A stretch of DNA of 52,714 nt from Acidimicrobiales bacterium (GTDB lineage Bacteria; Actinomycetota; Acidimicrobiia; Acidimicrobiales; DATLDH01). The DNA lies in contig DATLDH010000108.1 in the NCBI GenBank assembly GCA_035526015.1, positions 1 through 52,714 on the forward strand, read 5' to 3'. The notes beneath the pieces are model-generated. The model made no database searches. It was not told the origin of the DNA and was given only the letters and a program-made list of their open reading frames with translations. A program made the translations under genes and the position numbers. This document shows, one piece after another, positions 1 through 8,146 of this stretch (position 1 is the stretch's first letter; every line of letters begins with the position of its first letter).

Positions 1-749
1 CGGGCCCCGGAGTCGAGGTCGTCGATGTTGATGACCACGTTCAGGTGCGGCCGGTTGCGCCGGGTCGTCGGCACGTTGTGATGGGCCAGGTAGTGCTCAC
101 AGATCTCGGCCAGGGCATCAGCCCGCCGCTCGGCCGGGATCCGGCTCTCCCCATCGGCATCGCCGGTCGTGGCCAGGCGCAGCGCGGTGGCGACGACCGA
201 GCCGGTGCCCGGGTCGAAGCTTCCCTTGGTCTCGAACCGCCCGCCCAGGGTCTGGCTGTGGTGCAGCGACCTCTCGGGCTCATGGGGCTCGGGGCCAGGA
301 TCGAGGGCATCGGCGCGTGCCTTCCAGTCCCGCATGACAGCCGCGGTCTCGGTCACGCCCAGCTTCGCCAGCAGCGGCACCAGCTCGGGCTCGTGCTCGG
401 CATACAGCGGCCGGTGCCGGGCCGGCACGTTGGCCAGGATGGCCTGCACCTGGCCCTCCGACAGCACGCCGGCCCGCCACGCCGTGGCAGTGACCGGCAG
501 GTCCCGCAGCGTGGCGGCGGTCCGCGCCAGGTCAGTGGCCGAGCGCACCGTCATGCGCGCCTCCTCCTGGAGCCAGCCCGACATGGAGGTGGCGGCGTCG
601 AGCTCCCACAGCTCGGCGGCATCGAACTCGCCGATCACCTCCGAGACCCGCGCCTTCATCCCATCGATCAGCGACAGCCAGGTGACGAGGGCGGCCCGAT
701 CCACCGGGATCCGGCTCTCCTTCACCGCGGTTGCGATCGTCTCGAACAC
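1..749 (-). CDS. DUF222 (13E12-repeat type) HNH endonuclease family protein, N-terminal part; the 3' end runs off the window
   Basis: My own minus-strand translation from GTG at 749: VFETIATAVKESRIPVDRAALVTWLSLIDGMKARVSEVIGEFDAAELWELDAATSMSGWLQEEARMTVRSATDLARTAATLRDLPVTATAWRAGVLSEGQVQAIL...RIPAERRADALAEICEHYL. This is the typical DUF222 N-region. There is no stop before position 1, so the ORF track omits it. The start codon is uncertain. Confidence 0.75.
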   Translation of the reverse strand, partial: MFETIATAVKESRIPVDRAALVTWLSLIDGMKARVSEVIGEFDAAELWELDAATSMSGWLQEEARMTVRSATDLARTAATLRDLPVTATAWRAGVLSEGQVQAILANVPARHRPLYAEHEPELVPLLAKLGVTETAAVMRDWKARADALDPGPEPHEPERSLHHSQTLGGRFETKGSFDPGTGSVVATALRLATTGDADGESRIPAERRADALAEICEHYLAHHNVPTTRRNRPHLNVVINIDDLDSGA

Positions 750-787
750 TGAGTTCGAGAATACAAAGGGGGTGTGACAGGAACTCC

Positions 788-997
788 GTGCGCGAGCCTG
801 TCGCGGTGGACTTCCGCATCACCGAGTTGCACGACGCTGCCGTCGAGCGCGGTGAGCCGGGCTACACCGACCCCTACACCGGGCTCTTCGTGTTCACCGC
901 CGCCTACCACCTCGCCCGCGGCGAGTGCTGCGACAGCGGCTGCCGCCACTGCCCCTTCGGTGACCTCGGCGAACCGGGTGCGGTTTCCCACGTCTGA
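788..997 (+). CDS. DUF5522-like small Cys-rich protein
   Basis: Track ORF 731..997. The motif YTGLFVFTAAYHLARGECCDSGCRHCPF is characteristic of this family. The GTG at 788 is preferred because 731 overlaps the divergent gene start. Confidence 0.7.
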   Translation: MREPVAVDFRITELHDAAVERGEPGYTDPYTGLFVFTAAYHLARGECCDSGCRHCPFGDLGEPGAVSHV

Positions 998-1009
998 CGT
1001 GGGAAACCG
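981..1009. terminator. Perfect 14-bp stem hairpin between convergent genes; putative bidirectional terminator
   Basis: cggtttcccacgtc (981-994), t, gacgtgggaaaccg (996-1009). The TGA stop of the 788..997 gene lies at the stem tip, and the pirin gene ends at 1028 on the other strand. Confidence 0.5.
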
Positions 1010-1027
1010 TCGCAGGAACGGAGCGAG

Positions 1028-1990
1028 TCAGCGGCCGCGGTAGGGGCGGAGGCCGTCGGCGGGGATGGTGCCGAGGCGGCCGGTGTGGAAGTCGTCCATG
1101 GCCTGGGCCAACTCGGCGCGGGTGTTCATCACGAAGGGGCCGTAGGCGGCGACGGGCTCGCGGATGGGCCGGCCGCCGAGGAACAGCACCTCGAGCGGCG
1201 CCTGCGCGCCGCCCGCCGCCGCCACCGTGATCATGTCGCCGGCGCCGAAGACCGTCAGCTGGCCCGACTCGACCGACCTCCGCTCGGCGCCCGCCGTGCC
1301 GCTGCCGTCGAGGACGTACGCGAGACCGTTGAACTCCGCCGGCCACGGCAGCACCAGTTGCGCGCCCGGCGACACGGTGGCGTGGGCCACGGTGATCGGC
1401 GTGTGCGTGGCTCCCGGCCCTCGGAAGCCCCCGAGATCCCCGGCGATGAGTCGCACCAGCGCGCCGCCGTCGGCCGACGAGAGCAGCTCCACGTCGCCCG
1501 CCTCGAGGCTCTGGTACCGGGGCTCGATCATCTTCGACGCGGCGGGAAGGTTCACCCACAGCTGGACCCCGTGGAACAGGCCACCACTGATGACGAGCTC
1601 CTCGGGCGGCGTCTCGATGTGCAGGATGCCCGCACCCGCAGTCATCCACTGGGTCGCGCCGTTGGCGATCACCCCGCCGCCACCGTGGGAGTCCTGGTGC
1701 TGGAACGTCCCGTCGATCATGTAGGTGACGGTCTCGAAACCGCGGTGGGGGTGCCAGTCCGTTCCACGCGGCTCGTACGGGGCGTACTCCACCTCGCCCA
1801 TCTGGTCCATGTGGATGAACGGGTCGAGGTCGGCCAGGTCGACACCGGCGAAGGCCCGGCGCACCGGGAAGCCCTCGCCTTCGTGGCCCCGCGGCGCGGT
1901 CGTCACCGAGCGGATCGGGCGGTCGACGGACCCGACGCCGGGCGTGGTGAGCCGGGGGAGGGTCAGCGGGTCGGCGGTGATGGCGGGCAT
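1028..1990 (-). CDS. Pirin family protein
   Basis: 320 aa with the cupin motifs HPHRGFETVTYMIDG and GGVIANGATQWMTAGAGILH. The start is ATG. Confidence 0.93.
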   Translation of the reverse strand: MPAITADPLTLPRLTTPGVGSVDRPIRSVTTAPRGHEGEGFPVRRAFAGVDLADLDPFIHMDQMGEVEYAPYEPRGTDWHPHRGFETVTYMIDGTFQHQDSHGGGGVIANGATQWMTAGAGILHIETPPEELVISGGLFHGVQLWVNLPAASKMIEPRYQSLEAGDVELLSSADGGALVRLIAGDLGGFRGPGATHTPITVAHATVSPGAQLVLPWPAEFNGLAYVLDGSGTAGAERRSVESGQLTVFGAGDMITVAAAGGAQAPLEVLFLGGRPIREPVAAYGPFVMNTRAELAQAMDDFHTGRLGTIPADGLRPYRGR

Positions 1991-2038
1991 GTCACCTCAA
2001 ACATAGGTGAATGTTCAACTATTCCGGGCGCGACACGG

Positions 2039-2860
2039 TCAGGCCGCCAGGACCCGCTTGTGGGCGGTGAGCGTGCCGGTGCCCGAGCCGTCGAAGCTGC
2101 CCGACATCATCGGCACGTCGGCGTAGTCCCGGCCCACGGCGATGGTGATGTGGCGGTCGCCCACGAGAGCGTCGTGGGTCGGGTCCCAGGCCTCGACCAT
2201 CCATCGCCGGGCCGAGATGGGTCGCAGCACCTCGACCCACGCGTGGCTGCCGCCCTCGCCGATCAGATGGCCGGACACGTAACGGGCCGGGATTCCGACC
2301 TGCCGGCACACCGAGAGCATGATGTGGGCGTAGTCCTGGCACACGCCCCGGCCGCCGGCCAGCGCCTCGGCCGCCGTGGTGCGGATGCCCGTGATGCCCC
2401 ACTCGTAGGTGAGCGACTCGTGCACGGCGCGGCACACCACGGCCGGGTCGGGTTCGTCGCCCACGCCGGCGGCGAGGGCCACGAGGGTGGGGTCGGGAGC
2501 GGTCAGGGGCGTGAACTCCAGGTACCGGCGGTCGGCGGCGACCATCACCGCCGGTCGATCGGCCTCGAGGGAGATGTCGGCCTCCACCGCGAACTCGATC
2601 CACGACGCGATGGACGGCACGCGCACGTCGATGACGAGGTTGGAGAACGTGTCGCGCCGGGTCTGGGTGCGGGCCTCGTCCACGCCGGCGACCTGCATCG
2701 ACCACCGGTGGCGGCGCTGGTTGGAGTGGGTACGGGGCGGCACGACGATCAGCCGCTGGCGGAGGTCGTGGACCGGCGCCGAGTAGTCGTACCGGATGCG
2801 TTGGTCGAGCACGAAGGTGGAGCGCGACGTCACCGTCGTCATGCCGGCGTCACGGGTCAT
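2039..2860 (-). CDS. Transglutaminase family protein (N-terminal Bact_transglu_N-like region plus transglutaminase core)
   Basis: Real start is MTRDAGMTTVTSRSTFVLDQRIRYDY at ATG 2860, an ATGA overlap with the upstream stop. The core triad motifs are GVCQDYAH, SHAWVEV and DPTHD. Confidence 0.85.
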   Translation of the reverse strand: MTRDAGMTTVTSRSTFVLDQRIRYDYSAPVHDLRQRLIVVPPRTHSNQRRHRWSMQVAGVDEARTQTRRDTFSNLVIDVRVPSIASWIEFAVEADISLEADRPAVMVAADRRYLEFTPLTAPDPTLVALAAGVGDEPDPAVVCRAVHESLTYEWGITGIRTTAAEALAGGRGVCQDYAHIMLSVCRQVGIPARYVSGHLIGEGGSHAWVEVLRPISARRWMVEAWDPTHDALVGDRHITIAVGRDYADVPMMSGSFDGSGTGTLTAHKRVLAA

Positions 2861-3678
2861 GCCCCCACAACGGCGTCGGCCCACACCGTCATGCCCAGCA
2901 GCTCGGGCCCGCCGTAGGTCGTCAGCATGGCGACGTCGAGGGCGTCGCGCCCGTAGCCGATGAGCACCCGCCCGGCGCGCGGCACGTTGTTGCGCGGGTC
3001 GAACGTGAACCACTGACCGCTGAGGTAGACCTCCATCCAGGCGCAGAAGTCCATCTCCGCGCCGGTGGGCTCGATGTCGACGTCGGGGAGGTACCCGAAC
3101 GCGTACCGGGCGGGGATGTTGAGGGCCCGGCACATCGTGACCGCCACGTGGGCGTAGTCGCGGCACACCCCGCGCTTGTCGGCCACGACCTCCGCCGCCG
3201 TCTTCCTCGGGCTGCTGGAGCCGTACCCGAACACGATCATCTCGTGCGTCCAGTCGCAGATGGCCTGGACCCGGCTCCACCCCCGCGGCAGCCCGCCGAA
3301 GAGCTCCCACGCCATGTCGCCCAGCTCGTCGGAGGGGCAGAACCGGCTCGGCAGGGTGAAGGCGAGGGCGTGATCGGGCAGATCGCCCGGGAGCAGCTCC
3401 TCGGCGTCGGTGACGACGGGGTCGGCGATGCCGGTGACCTCCACCTCGGTGTCGTAGCGCAGCACCGATTCGCCGGCGGGGATGGTCAGGCGCCGGCAGA
3501 GGTTGCCGAAGCCGTCCACGTAGCGCGACCAGGGGACCTCGGGGGCGTTCTCCCACCGCTCGTGCACCATCCGGAACCCGCCGTCCGGGCGCGGCTCGAC
3601 CTGGAGCACGGCGTGCAGCGGTATTTCGGATTGGTGACGGAACTCACAGCCCACGCGGACGCGCACCCCCACAACCAT
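2857..3678 (-). CDS. Transglutaminase-like family protein; the catalytic His position is occupied by Cys
   Basis: Starts MVVGVRVRVGCEFRHQSEIPLHAVLQVEP at ATG 3678. Motifs are GVCRDYAH, FCAWMEV (the other two copies have HAW) and FDPRNN. The rest of track ORF 2857..5238 is antisense shadow. Confidence 0.85.
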   Translation of the reverse strand: MVVGVRVRVGCEFRHQSEIPLHAVLQVEPRPDGGFRMVHERWENAPEVPWSRYVDGFGNLCRRLTIPAGESVLRYDTEVEVTGIADPVVTDAEELLPGDLPDHALAFTLPSRFCPSDELGDMAWELFGGLPRGWSRVQAICDWTHEMIVFGYGSSSPRKTAAEVVADKRGVCRDYAHVAVTMCRALNIPARYAFGYLPDVDIEPTGAEMDFCAWMEVYLSGQWFTFDPRNNVPRAGRVLIGYGRDALDVAMLTTYGGPELLGMTVWADAVVGA

Positions 3679-3690
3679 AGAGAATGGGGT

Positions 3691-5265
3691 GTGGCCGACC
3701 TGTTCGACTCCTATGGATTGGCGGGCGCGTGGGACGAGATGTTCGCCGCCGACCACTCCGTGCGGCCGCACTACGAGGCCCTCCGGGACACCCTCGGCGT
3801 GCTCACCGACGCCGATTACGCCGAGCGGTGCAAAGCCCGCGACCGCAGCTTCCGGGACCAGGGCATCACGTTCTCGCTGTCCGGTGAGCAACGGCCGTTC
3901 CCGCTCGACCTCGTGCCCCGGGTCATCCCCGCCGAGGAGTGGGAGCTCATCGAGGCCGGCGTCGTGCAGCGGGTACGCGCCCTCGAGGCGTTCCTCGCCG
4001 ACCTCTACGACCGGGCCCAGGTGCTGGAGGACGGCATCGTGCCGCGCCGGCTGGTCATGTCGTCCACCAACTTCCAGCGCGCCGCCGTCGGCATCCGCCC
4101 GCCCAACGGTGTGCGCATCCACGTGGCCGGCGTCGACCTCGTCCGCGACGGCGCGGGGGTGTACCGCGTGCTGGAGGACAACCTGCGCACGCCGTCGGGG
4201 ATCTCCTATGTCATCGAGAACCGGCGGGCCATGACCCGGGTGTTCCCGCAGCTGTTCGCCACCCACCGGGTGCGGCCGGTGGCCGACTACCCGTCGCACC
4301 TGCTCGAAGCGCTGCGGGCCGGCGCCCCCGAGGGCCGTCACCAACCGACGGTGGTGGTGCTCACCCCAGGCGTGCACAATGCCGCGTACTTCGAGCACTC
4401 CTTCCTCGCCCGCCAGATGGGTGTGTCGCTGGTGGAGGGACGCGACCTCATCAGCCGCGACGGCCGCGTGTTCATGCGGGCCACCGAGGGCGAGCAGCGC
4501 GTCGACGTCGTCTACCGGCGCATCGACGACGACTATCTCGACCCCCTCCACGGCCGGCCCGACTCGGTGCTCGGGTGCCCCGGCATCGTCAACGCCGCCC
4601 GCGAGGGCAACGTCACGATCGCCAACGCCATCGGCAACGGTGTCGCCGACGACAAGGCGCTCTACCCCTACGTCCCCGACCTCATCCGGTACTACCTCGG
4701 CGAGGACGCCATCCTCCCGAACGTCGAGACCTTCCACCTCGAGGACCCCGACCACTACTCCTACGTCCTGGCCCACCTCGACGAGCTCGTGCTCAAGCCC
4801 GTCGACGGCTCGGGCGGCTACGGCCTCGTCATCGGGCCGCAGGCCAGCGACGAGCAGCTCTTCGCCCTCCGGGCCGAGGTCGAGGCCAACCCGCGCGGCT
4901 GGATCGCCCAGGGCGTGATCGCCCTGTCGACGTCGCCGACCCACGACGGCACGCATTTCGCTCCCCGCCACATCGACCTGCGCCCGTTCGCCGTCAACGA
5001 CGGGACCAACGTCTGGGTCGTGCCGGGCGGCCTCACCCGGGTCGCCCTGCCCGAGGGGAGCCTGGTCGTGAACTCGAGCCAGGGCGGCGGCTCCAAGGAC
5101 ACCTGGGTGTTGACGCCGTCGGGCGAGGCACGCGAGCGGCTGGTGGCCTCCGGCGCCCGTCAGCCCGGCGCCGTGTGGAAGCGCGCGCCGGAGCCTGGGC
5201 CGGTCGAGGGCCCCGTCGCCGCCCAGTCCCAACAGCAACAGCAGTCGGGGTCGGCACCGTGTTGA
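3691..5265 (+). CDS. Circularly permuted type 2 ATP-grasp protein (DUF404/DUF407 type)
   Basis: GTG at 3691 (VADLFDSYGLAGAWDEMF...). The sequence contains RVLEDNLRTPSGISYVIENR, VVVLTPGVHNAAYFEHSFLARQMG, VLKPVDGSGGYG and SQGGGSKDTWV. Confidence 0.9.
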   Translation: MADLFDSYGLAGAWDEMFAADHSVRPHYEALRDTLGVLTDADYAERCKARDRSFRDQGITFSLSGEQRPFPLDLVPRVIPAEEWELIEAGVVQRVRALEAFLADLYDRAQVLEDGIVPRRLVMSSTNFQRAAVGIRPPNGVRIHVAGVDLVRDGAGVYRVLEDNLRTPSGISYVIENRRAMTRVFPQLFATHRVRPVADYPSHLLEALRAGAPEGRHQPTVVVLTPGVHNAAYFEHSFLARQMGVSLVEGRDLISRDGRVFMRATEGEQRVDVVYRRIDDDYLDPLHGRPDSVLGCPGIVNAAREGNVTIANAIGNGVADDKALYPYVPDLIRYYLGEDAILPNVETFHLEDPDHYSYVLAHLDELVLKPVDGSGGYGLVIGPQASDEQLFALRAEVEANPRGWIAQGVIALSTSPTHDGTHFAPRHIDLRPFAVNDGTNVWVVPGGLTRVALPEGSLVVNSSQGGGSKDTWVLTPSGEARERLVASGARQPGAVWKRAPEPGPVEGPVAAQSQQQQQSGSAPC

Positions 5266-6188
5266 GCCGCATCGCCGAGTCGCTCTTCTGGCTGGGCCGC
5301 TACAGCGAGCGGGCCGAGGACACGGCGCGCATCCTCGACGTGCACTACCACCTTCTCCTCGAGGACCGGTGGGTCGACGAGGAGGCGGCGTGCGCCGCGC
5401 TGCTCGAGGTCATGGGCCTCGGCGAGCGCATCGTCCCCGGCACGGACTCGATCGCCGTCACCCGGCTGCTCGCCTTCGAGGACGGCTACGCCGGCTCCAT
5501 CGTCGGCGCCCTGCACGCCGCCTGGCAGAACGCGCGTGGCGCCCGCGAGGCGATCTCGTCGGAGATGTGGGAGTGCATCAATGCCACCAACGAGGCGCTG
5601 CCGGCCCAGGTGGCCGGCGCCAACCACCAGAGCCCGTCGGCGTTCTTCCGCTGGGTGAAGGAGCGCGCCGCCATCCTCGCCGGCCTGGCCGACTCGACGA
5701 TGACGCGCGACGCCGGATGGCGCTTCGTCGTCCTCGGCCGCAGCCTCGAGCGCGTCGACATGACCTCGCGGCTGCTCTCGGCGCGCTACGGCGACAGCTG
5801 GGGACAGGCCGGCTGGGTGACGACGCTGCGGTGCTGCTCGGGCTACGAGGCCTATCTACGCACCTACCAGCGAGCCGTCGACGCTTCGCTGGCGGCCGAG
5901 TTCCTCGTCCTCGACCGCCTGTTCCCCCGCTCGGTGTTCCACGCCCTGCGCACCGCCGAGGAGTGCCTCGTCGAGCTGGGCCCCACCGTGGGCCGCACCG
6001 GTCCCGACGACCCCGCCCGCCGGGCCCTGGGTCAGGCCCGCAACGAGCTCGAGTTCCGGTCCGCCGACGACCTGCTGGCCGATCTCCCGGGCCACCTCTT
6101 CCGGTTGCAGCAGCACTGCTTCGACGCCGGCGCCGCCATCGCCGACCGCTACTTCCGCACCACGGCTCCCATGGAATGGTCAGCGTGA
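5259..6188 (+). CDS. Alpha-E domain-containing protein (DUF403)
   Basis: GTG at 5259 overlaps the ATP-grasp stop. The N-terminus VLSRIAESLFWLGRYSERAEDTARILDV is the hallmark of the alpha-E domain. Confidence 0.9.
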   Translation: MLSRIAESLFWLGRYSERAEDTARILDVHYHLLLEDRWVDEEAACAALLEVMGLGERIVPGTDSIAVTRLLAFEDGYAGSIVGALHAAWQNARGAREAISSEMWECINATNEALPAQVAGANHQSPSAFFRWVKERAAILAGLADSTMTRDAGWRFVVLGRSLERVDMTSRLLSARYGDSWGQAGWVTTLRCCSGYEAYLRTYQRAVDASLAAEFLVLDRLFPRSVFHALRTAEECLVELGPTVGRTGPDDPARRALGQARNELEFRSADDLLADLPGHLFRLQQHCFDAGAAIADRYFRTTAPMEWSA

Positions 6189-6192
6189 ACGC

Positions 6193-7038
6193 ATGAGCTG
6201 GCGCCTGGCCGTCACCCACACCACTGGCTACCGGTACGAGCGGCCGGTCGTGGCGTCGTACAACGAGGCGCGCCTCACGCCGCTGAGCGTCGAGGGCCAG
6301 CTCACCATCGACGCCAGGGTCGAGGTCGTGCCCCGCGTGAGGATGGGGCGCTATCGCGACTACTGGGGCTCGGTCGTGCACCCGTTCGACGTGCACGTGG
6401 CCCACTCCGAGCTGGTGGTCACGGCGTCGTCGCTCGTCGACACCCGGTCGACCCCGTCGGCCCCGACGACCGACGGCCCGGGCTGGGACGTGCTGTCGGC
6501 GGAGGCGCTCGACCGCTACTACGAGTTCCTCGCTCCCACGGCGACGGTGCCCGAGGACGCCGAGCTGGCCGACATCGCCGGCCAGATCCGGGCCGGTGCG
6601 GCCACGCCCGGCGACGCCGTGGTCGCGGCCAGGGAGTGGGTCGGCGGCCAGCTGGCGTACGAGAAGGGGAGCACCAGCGTGTCCACCTCCGCCATCGAGG
6701 CGTGGCGGTCGGGCCGGGGTGTGTGCCAGGACTACGTGCATCTCACCCTCGCCCTGCTGCGTGCCATGGGCGTCCCGGCCCGGTACGTGTCGGGGTATTT
6801 CCATCCCGAGGCCGAGGCCGGTCCCGGCGACACCGTCACCGCCGACAGCCATGCCTGGGCCGAGGCGTGGACAGGGGAGTGGCACGCCTTCGACCCCACC
6901 AACAACGTCGTCGTGGGCCACCGCCACGTGATGCTGGCCCGGGCCCGCGACTACCGCGACGTGGCCCCCCTCAAGGGCGTCTACAGCGGGGCCCCGTCGT
7001 CCACGCCGAACGTCGCCGTGACCCTGACTCGCCGCTGA
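6193..7038 (+). CDS. Transglutaminase family protein
   Basis: MSWRLAVTHTTGYRYERPV (Bact_transglu_N type), followed by GVCQDYVH, SHAWAEAW and FDPTNN. Confidence 0.9.
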   Translation: MSWRLAVTHTTGYRYERPVVASYNEARLTPLSVEGQLTIDARVEVVPRVRMGRYRDYWGSVVHPFDVHVAHSELVVTASSLVDTRSTPSAPTTDGPGWDVLSAEALDRYYEFLAPTATVPEDAELADIAGQIRAGAATPGDAVVAAREWVGGQLAYEKGSTSVSTSAIEAWRSGRGVCQDYVHLTLALLRAMGVPARYVSGYFHPEAEAGPGDTVTADSHAWAEAWTGEWHAFDPTNNVVVGHRHVMLARARDYRDVAPLKGVYSGAPSSTPNVAVTLTRR

Positions 7039-7067
7039 CTCGCCGCTGACCCGCCGCTGACTCCCGG
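7024..7067. repeat. Tandem 11-nt repeat (ctgactcgccg, about 3.9 copies) at the gene end
   Basis: Units lie at 7024-7034, 7035-7045 and 7046-7056 (1 mismatch), with a partial unit at 7057-7067. Each unit carries a TGA. Confidence 0.8.
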
Positions 7068-7080
7068 TCACACCTCCTTT

Positions 7081-7121
7081 CTGCGACGATTTTCCCCCTA
7101 TGGCGTGGAAAACCGTCGCAG
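7081..7121. promoter_or_regulatory. Imperfect 15-bp inverted repeat bracketing the start codon of the 7100 gene
   Basis: ctgcgacgattttcc (7081-7095) pairs with ggaaaaccgtcgcag (7107-7121), 14 of 15 complementary. The ATG at 7100 sits in the 11-nt loop. Confidence 0.35.
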
Positions 7122-8146
7122 GAACGTTCGTGCTCGCCCTCCTGGTCGTGCTCCCGACGTCCACGCGCGCCGTGACCTTCACCAGGCTGGCCAACTCTCC
7201 GACGGGACGGACGGTGCTCGACCCCGGGCCGCTGACGATGACGGCGGGGAGCGAGGCGTGGCACGAGACCGGGCGCGATTTCCTGCCGTTCGACTACGAG
7301 CAGGGTGTCGCCAGCGACGGCAGGGGCAACCTGTTCTTCAACTCGCGGGGGATGATCTACCGCACCACCACCGGGTGCCCGAGCCCGGGCGACGATGCCG
7401 TCCCCTGCTACGACGTGCGGGCCGAGAACCGCACGCCGATCGATTCCGGCCAGGGCTCGCGGGGGTTCAACCACGTCGGTGACACCAGCGCCGGCCGGAA
7501 GGGCCCCGCCGCCGGCTTCCTGTTCACCCCCGTCGAGAAGTCCCCGGGCAACGGGGTCGACAAGATCTTCAAGGTGTTCGACGCCGAGACGCTGGCGACG
7601 GCCGGCACTCTCGACATCCCGGGACCGTTCTCGCACCATGCGTGGGTGGTCGTCGACCCGAGCGGCCGCTTCATGCTGAACGCCGACGCGACGATCCGGA
7701 AGCTGGAGGTCTACCGGATCAGCCGCAACCCCAAGCCGGCGTCACCGGCCGAGCGGGTCTTCCTGACGAGGGCCAAGGAGCTCGACGTCAGCATCGACGA
7801 GGGGATCCCGGGCGACGTCGGGCCGACCGGGTGCAGCTTCCGCGACGACCTGACGCTGTACTGCGCCGACTGGCGCAAGAACCAGGCCAAGTGGGACGAG
7901 GGCACCGACGTCTACCGCATCCGGTTGCGGTCGCCCGTCGGCATCTCCGGCAATTCCGGCTCGGCCTCGAAGGCGTTCTCCTTCGCCGTCAGCCACCGCA
8001 CGCCGTCCATCACCTATGGCCTCGAGGGCGAGGGGGTCACCTTCTACCGCCGCACCGCGGGCGGCCCGAACGAGCTGCACGTGCTGATCCGCGGCGAGCA
8101 CCTGGCCTCGACATTCCTGCTCCACCTGGCGCCGGGTCGCGGATGA
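7100..8146 (+). CDS. Secreted hypothetical protein
   Basis: 348 aa with the signal-peptide-like N-terminus MAWKTVAGTFVLALLVVLPTSTRA. I recognise no domain. The amino-acid composition is coding-like, in contrast to the Arg-rich alternative frames. Confidence 0.7.
   Translation: MAWKTVAGTFVLALLVVLPTSTRAVTFTRLANSPTGRTVLDPGPLTMTAGSEAWHETGRDFLPFDYEQGVASDGRGNLFFNSRGMIYRTTTGCPSPGDDAVPCYDVRAENRTPIDSGQGSRGFNHVGDTSAGRKGPAAGFLFTPVEKSPGNGVDKIFKVFDAETLATAGTLDIPGPFSHHAWVVVDPSGRFMLNADATIRKLEVYRISRNPKPASPAERVFLTRAKELDVSIDEGIPGDVGPTGCSFRDDLTLYCADWRKNQAKWDEGTDVYRIRLRSPVGISGNSGSASKAFSFAVSHRTPSITYGLEGEGVTFYRRTAGGPNELHVLIRGEHLASTFLLHLAPGRG

Noticed and set aside
745-775. A gagttcgaga segment resembling a tRNA T-arm in the AT-richer intergenic region
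   Set aside because: No acceptor stem, anticodon arm or CCA context can be built around it. The region is only about 40 nt between two divergent starts.
1085-2917. A 610-aa plus-strand ORF, with similar long shadow ORFs at 5578..7194(-), 42925..45693(+), 44828..47218(+), 47945..49231(-) and 49200..50870(-)
   Set aside because: Each is antisense to a domain-recognisable gene (pirin/transglutaminase, alpha-E/transglutaminase, YcaQ/kinase, P450 and the FtsH-like gene). Their composition is low-complexity Arg/Gly/Ala/Pro, and no motifs are present.
2857-5238. Very long N-terminal extensions of real genes in the track (2857..5238, 2039..3556, 14066..16285, 41727..43997, 9914..11287, 3939..6188)
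   Set aside because: The extensions run through neighbouring genes on the opposite strand or in another frame, and they have junk composition. The family-typical N-termini and the ATGA/GTGA couplings identify internal starts instead.
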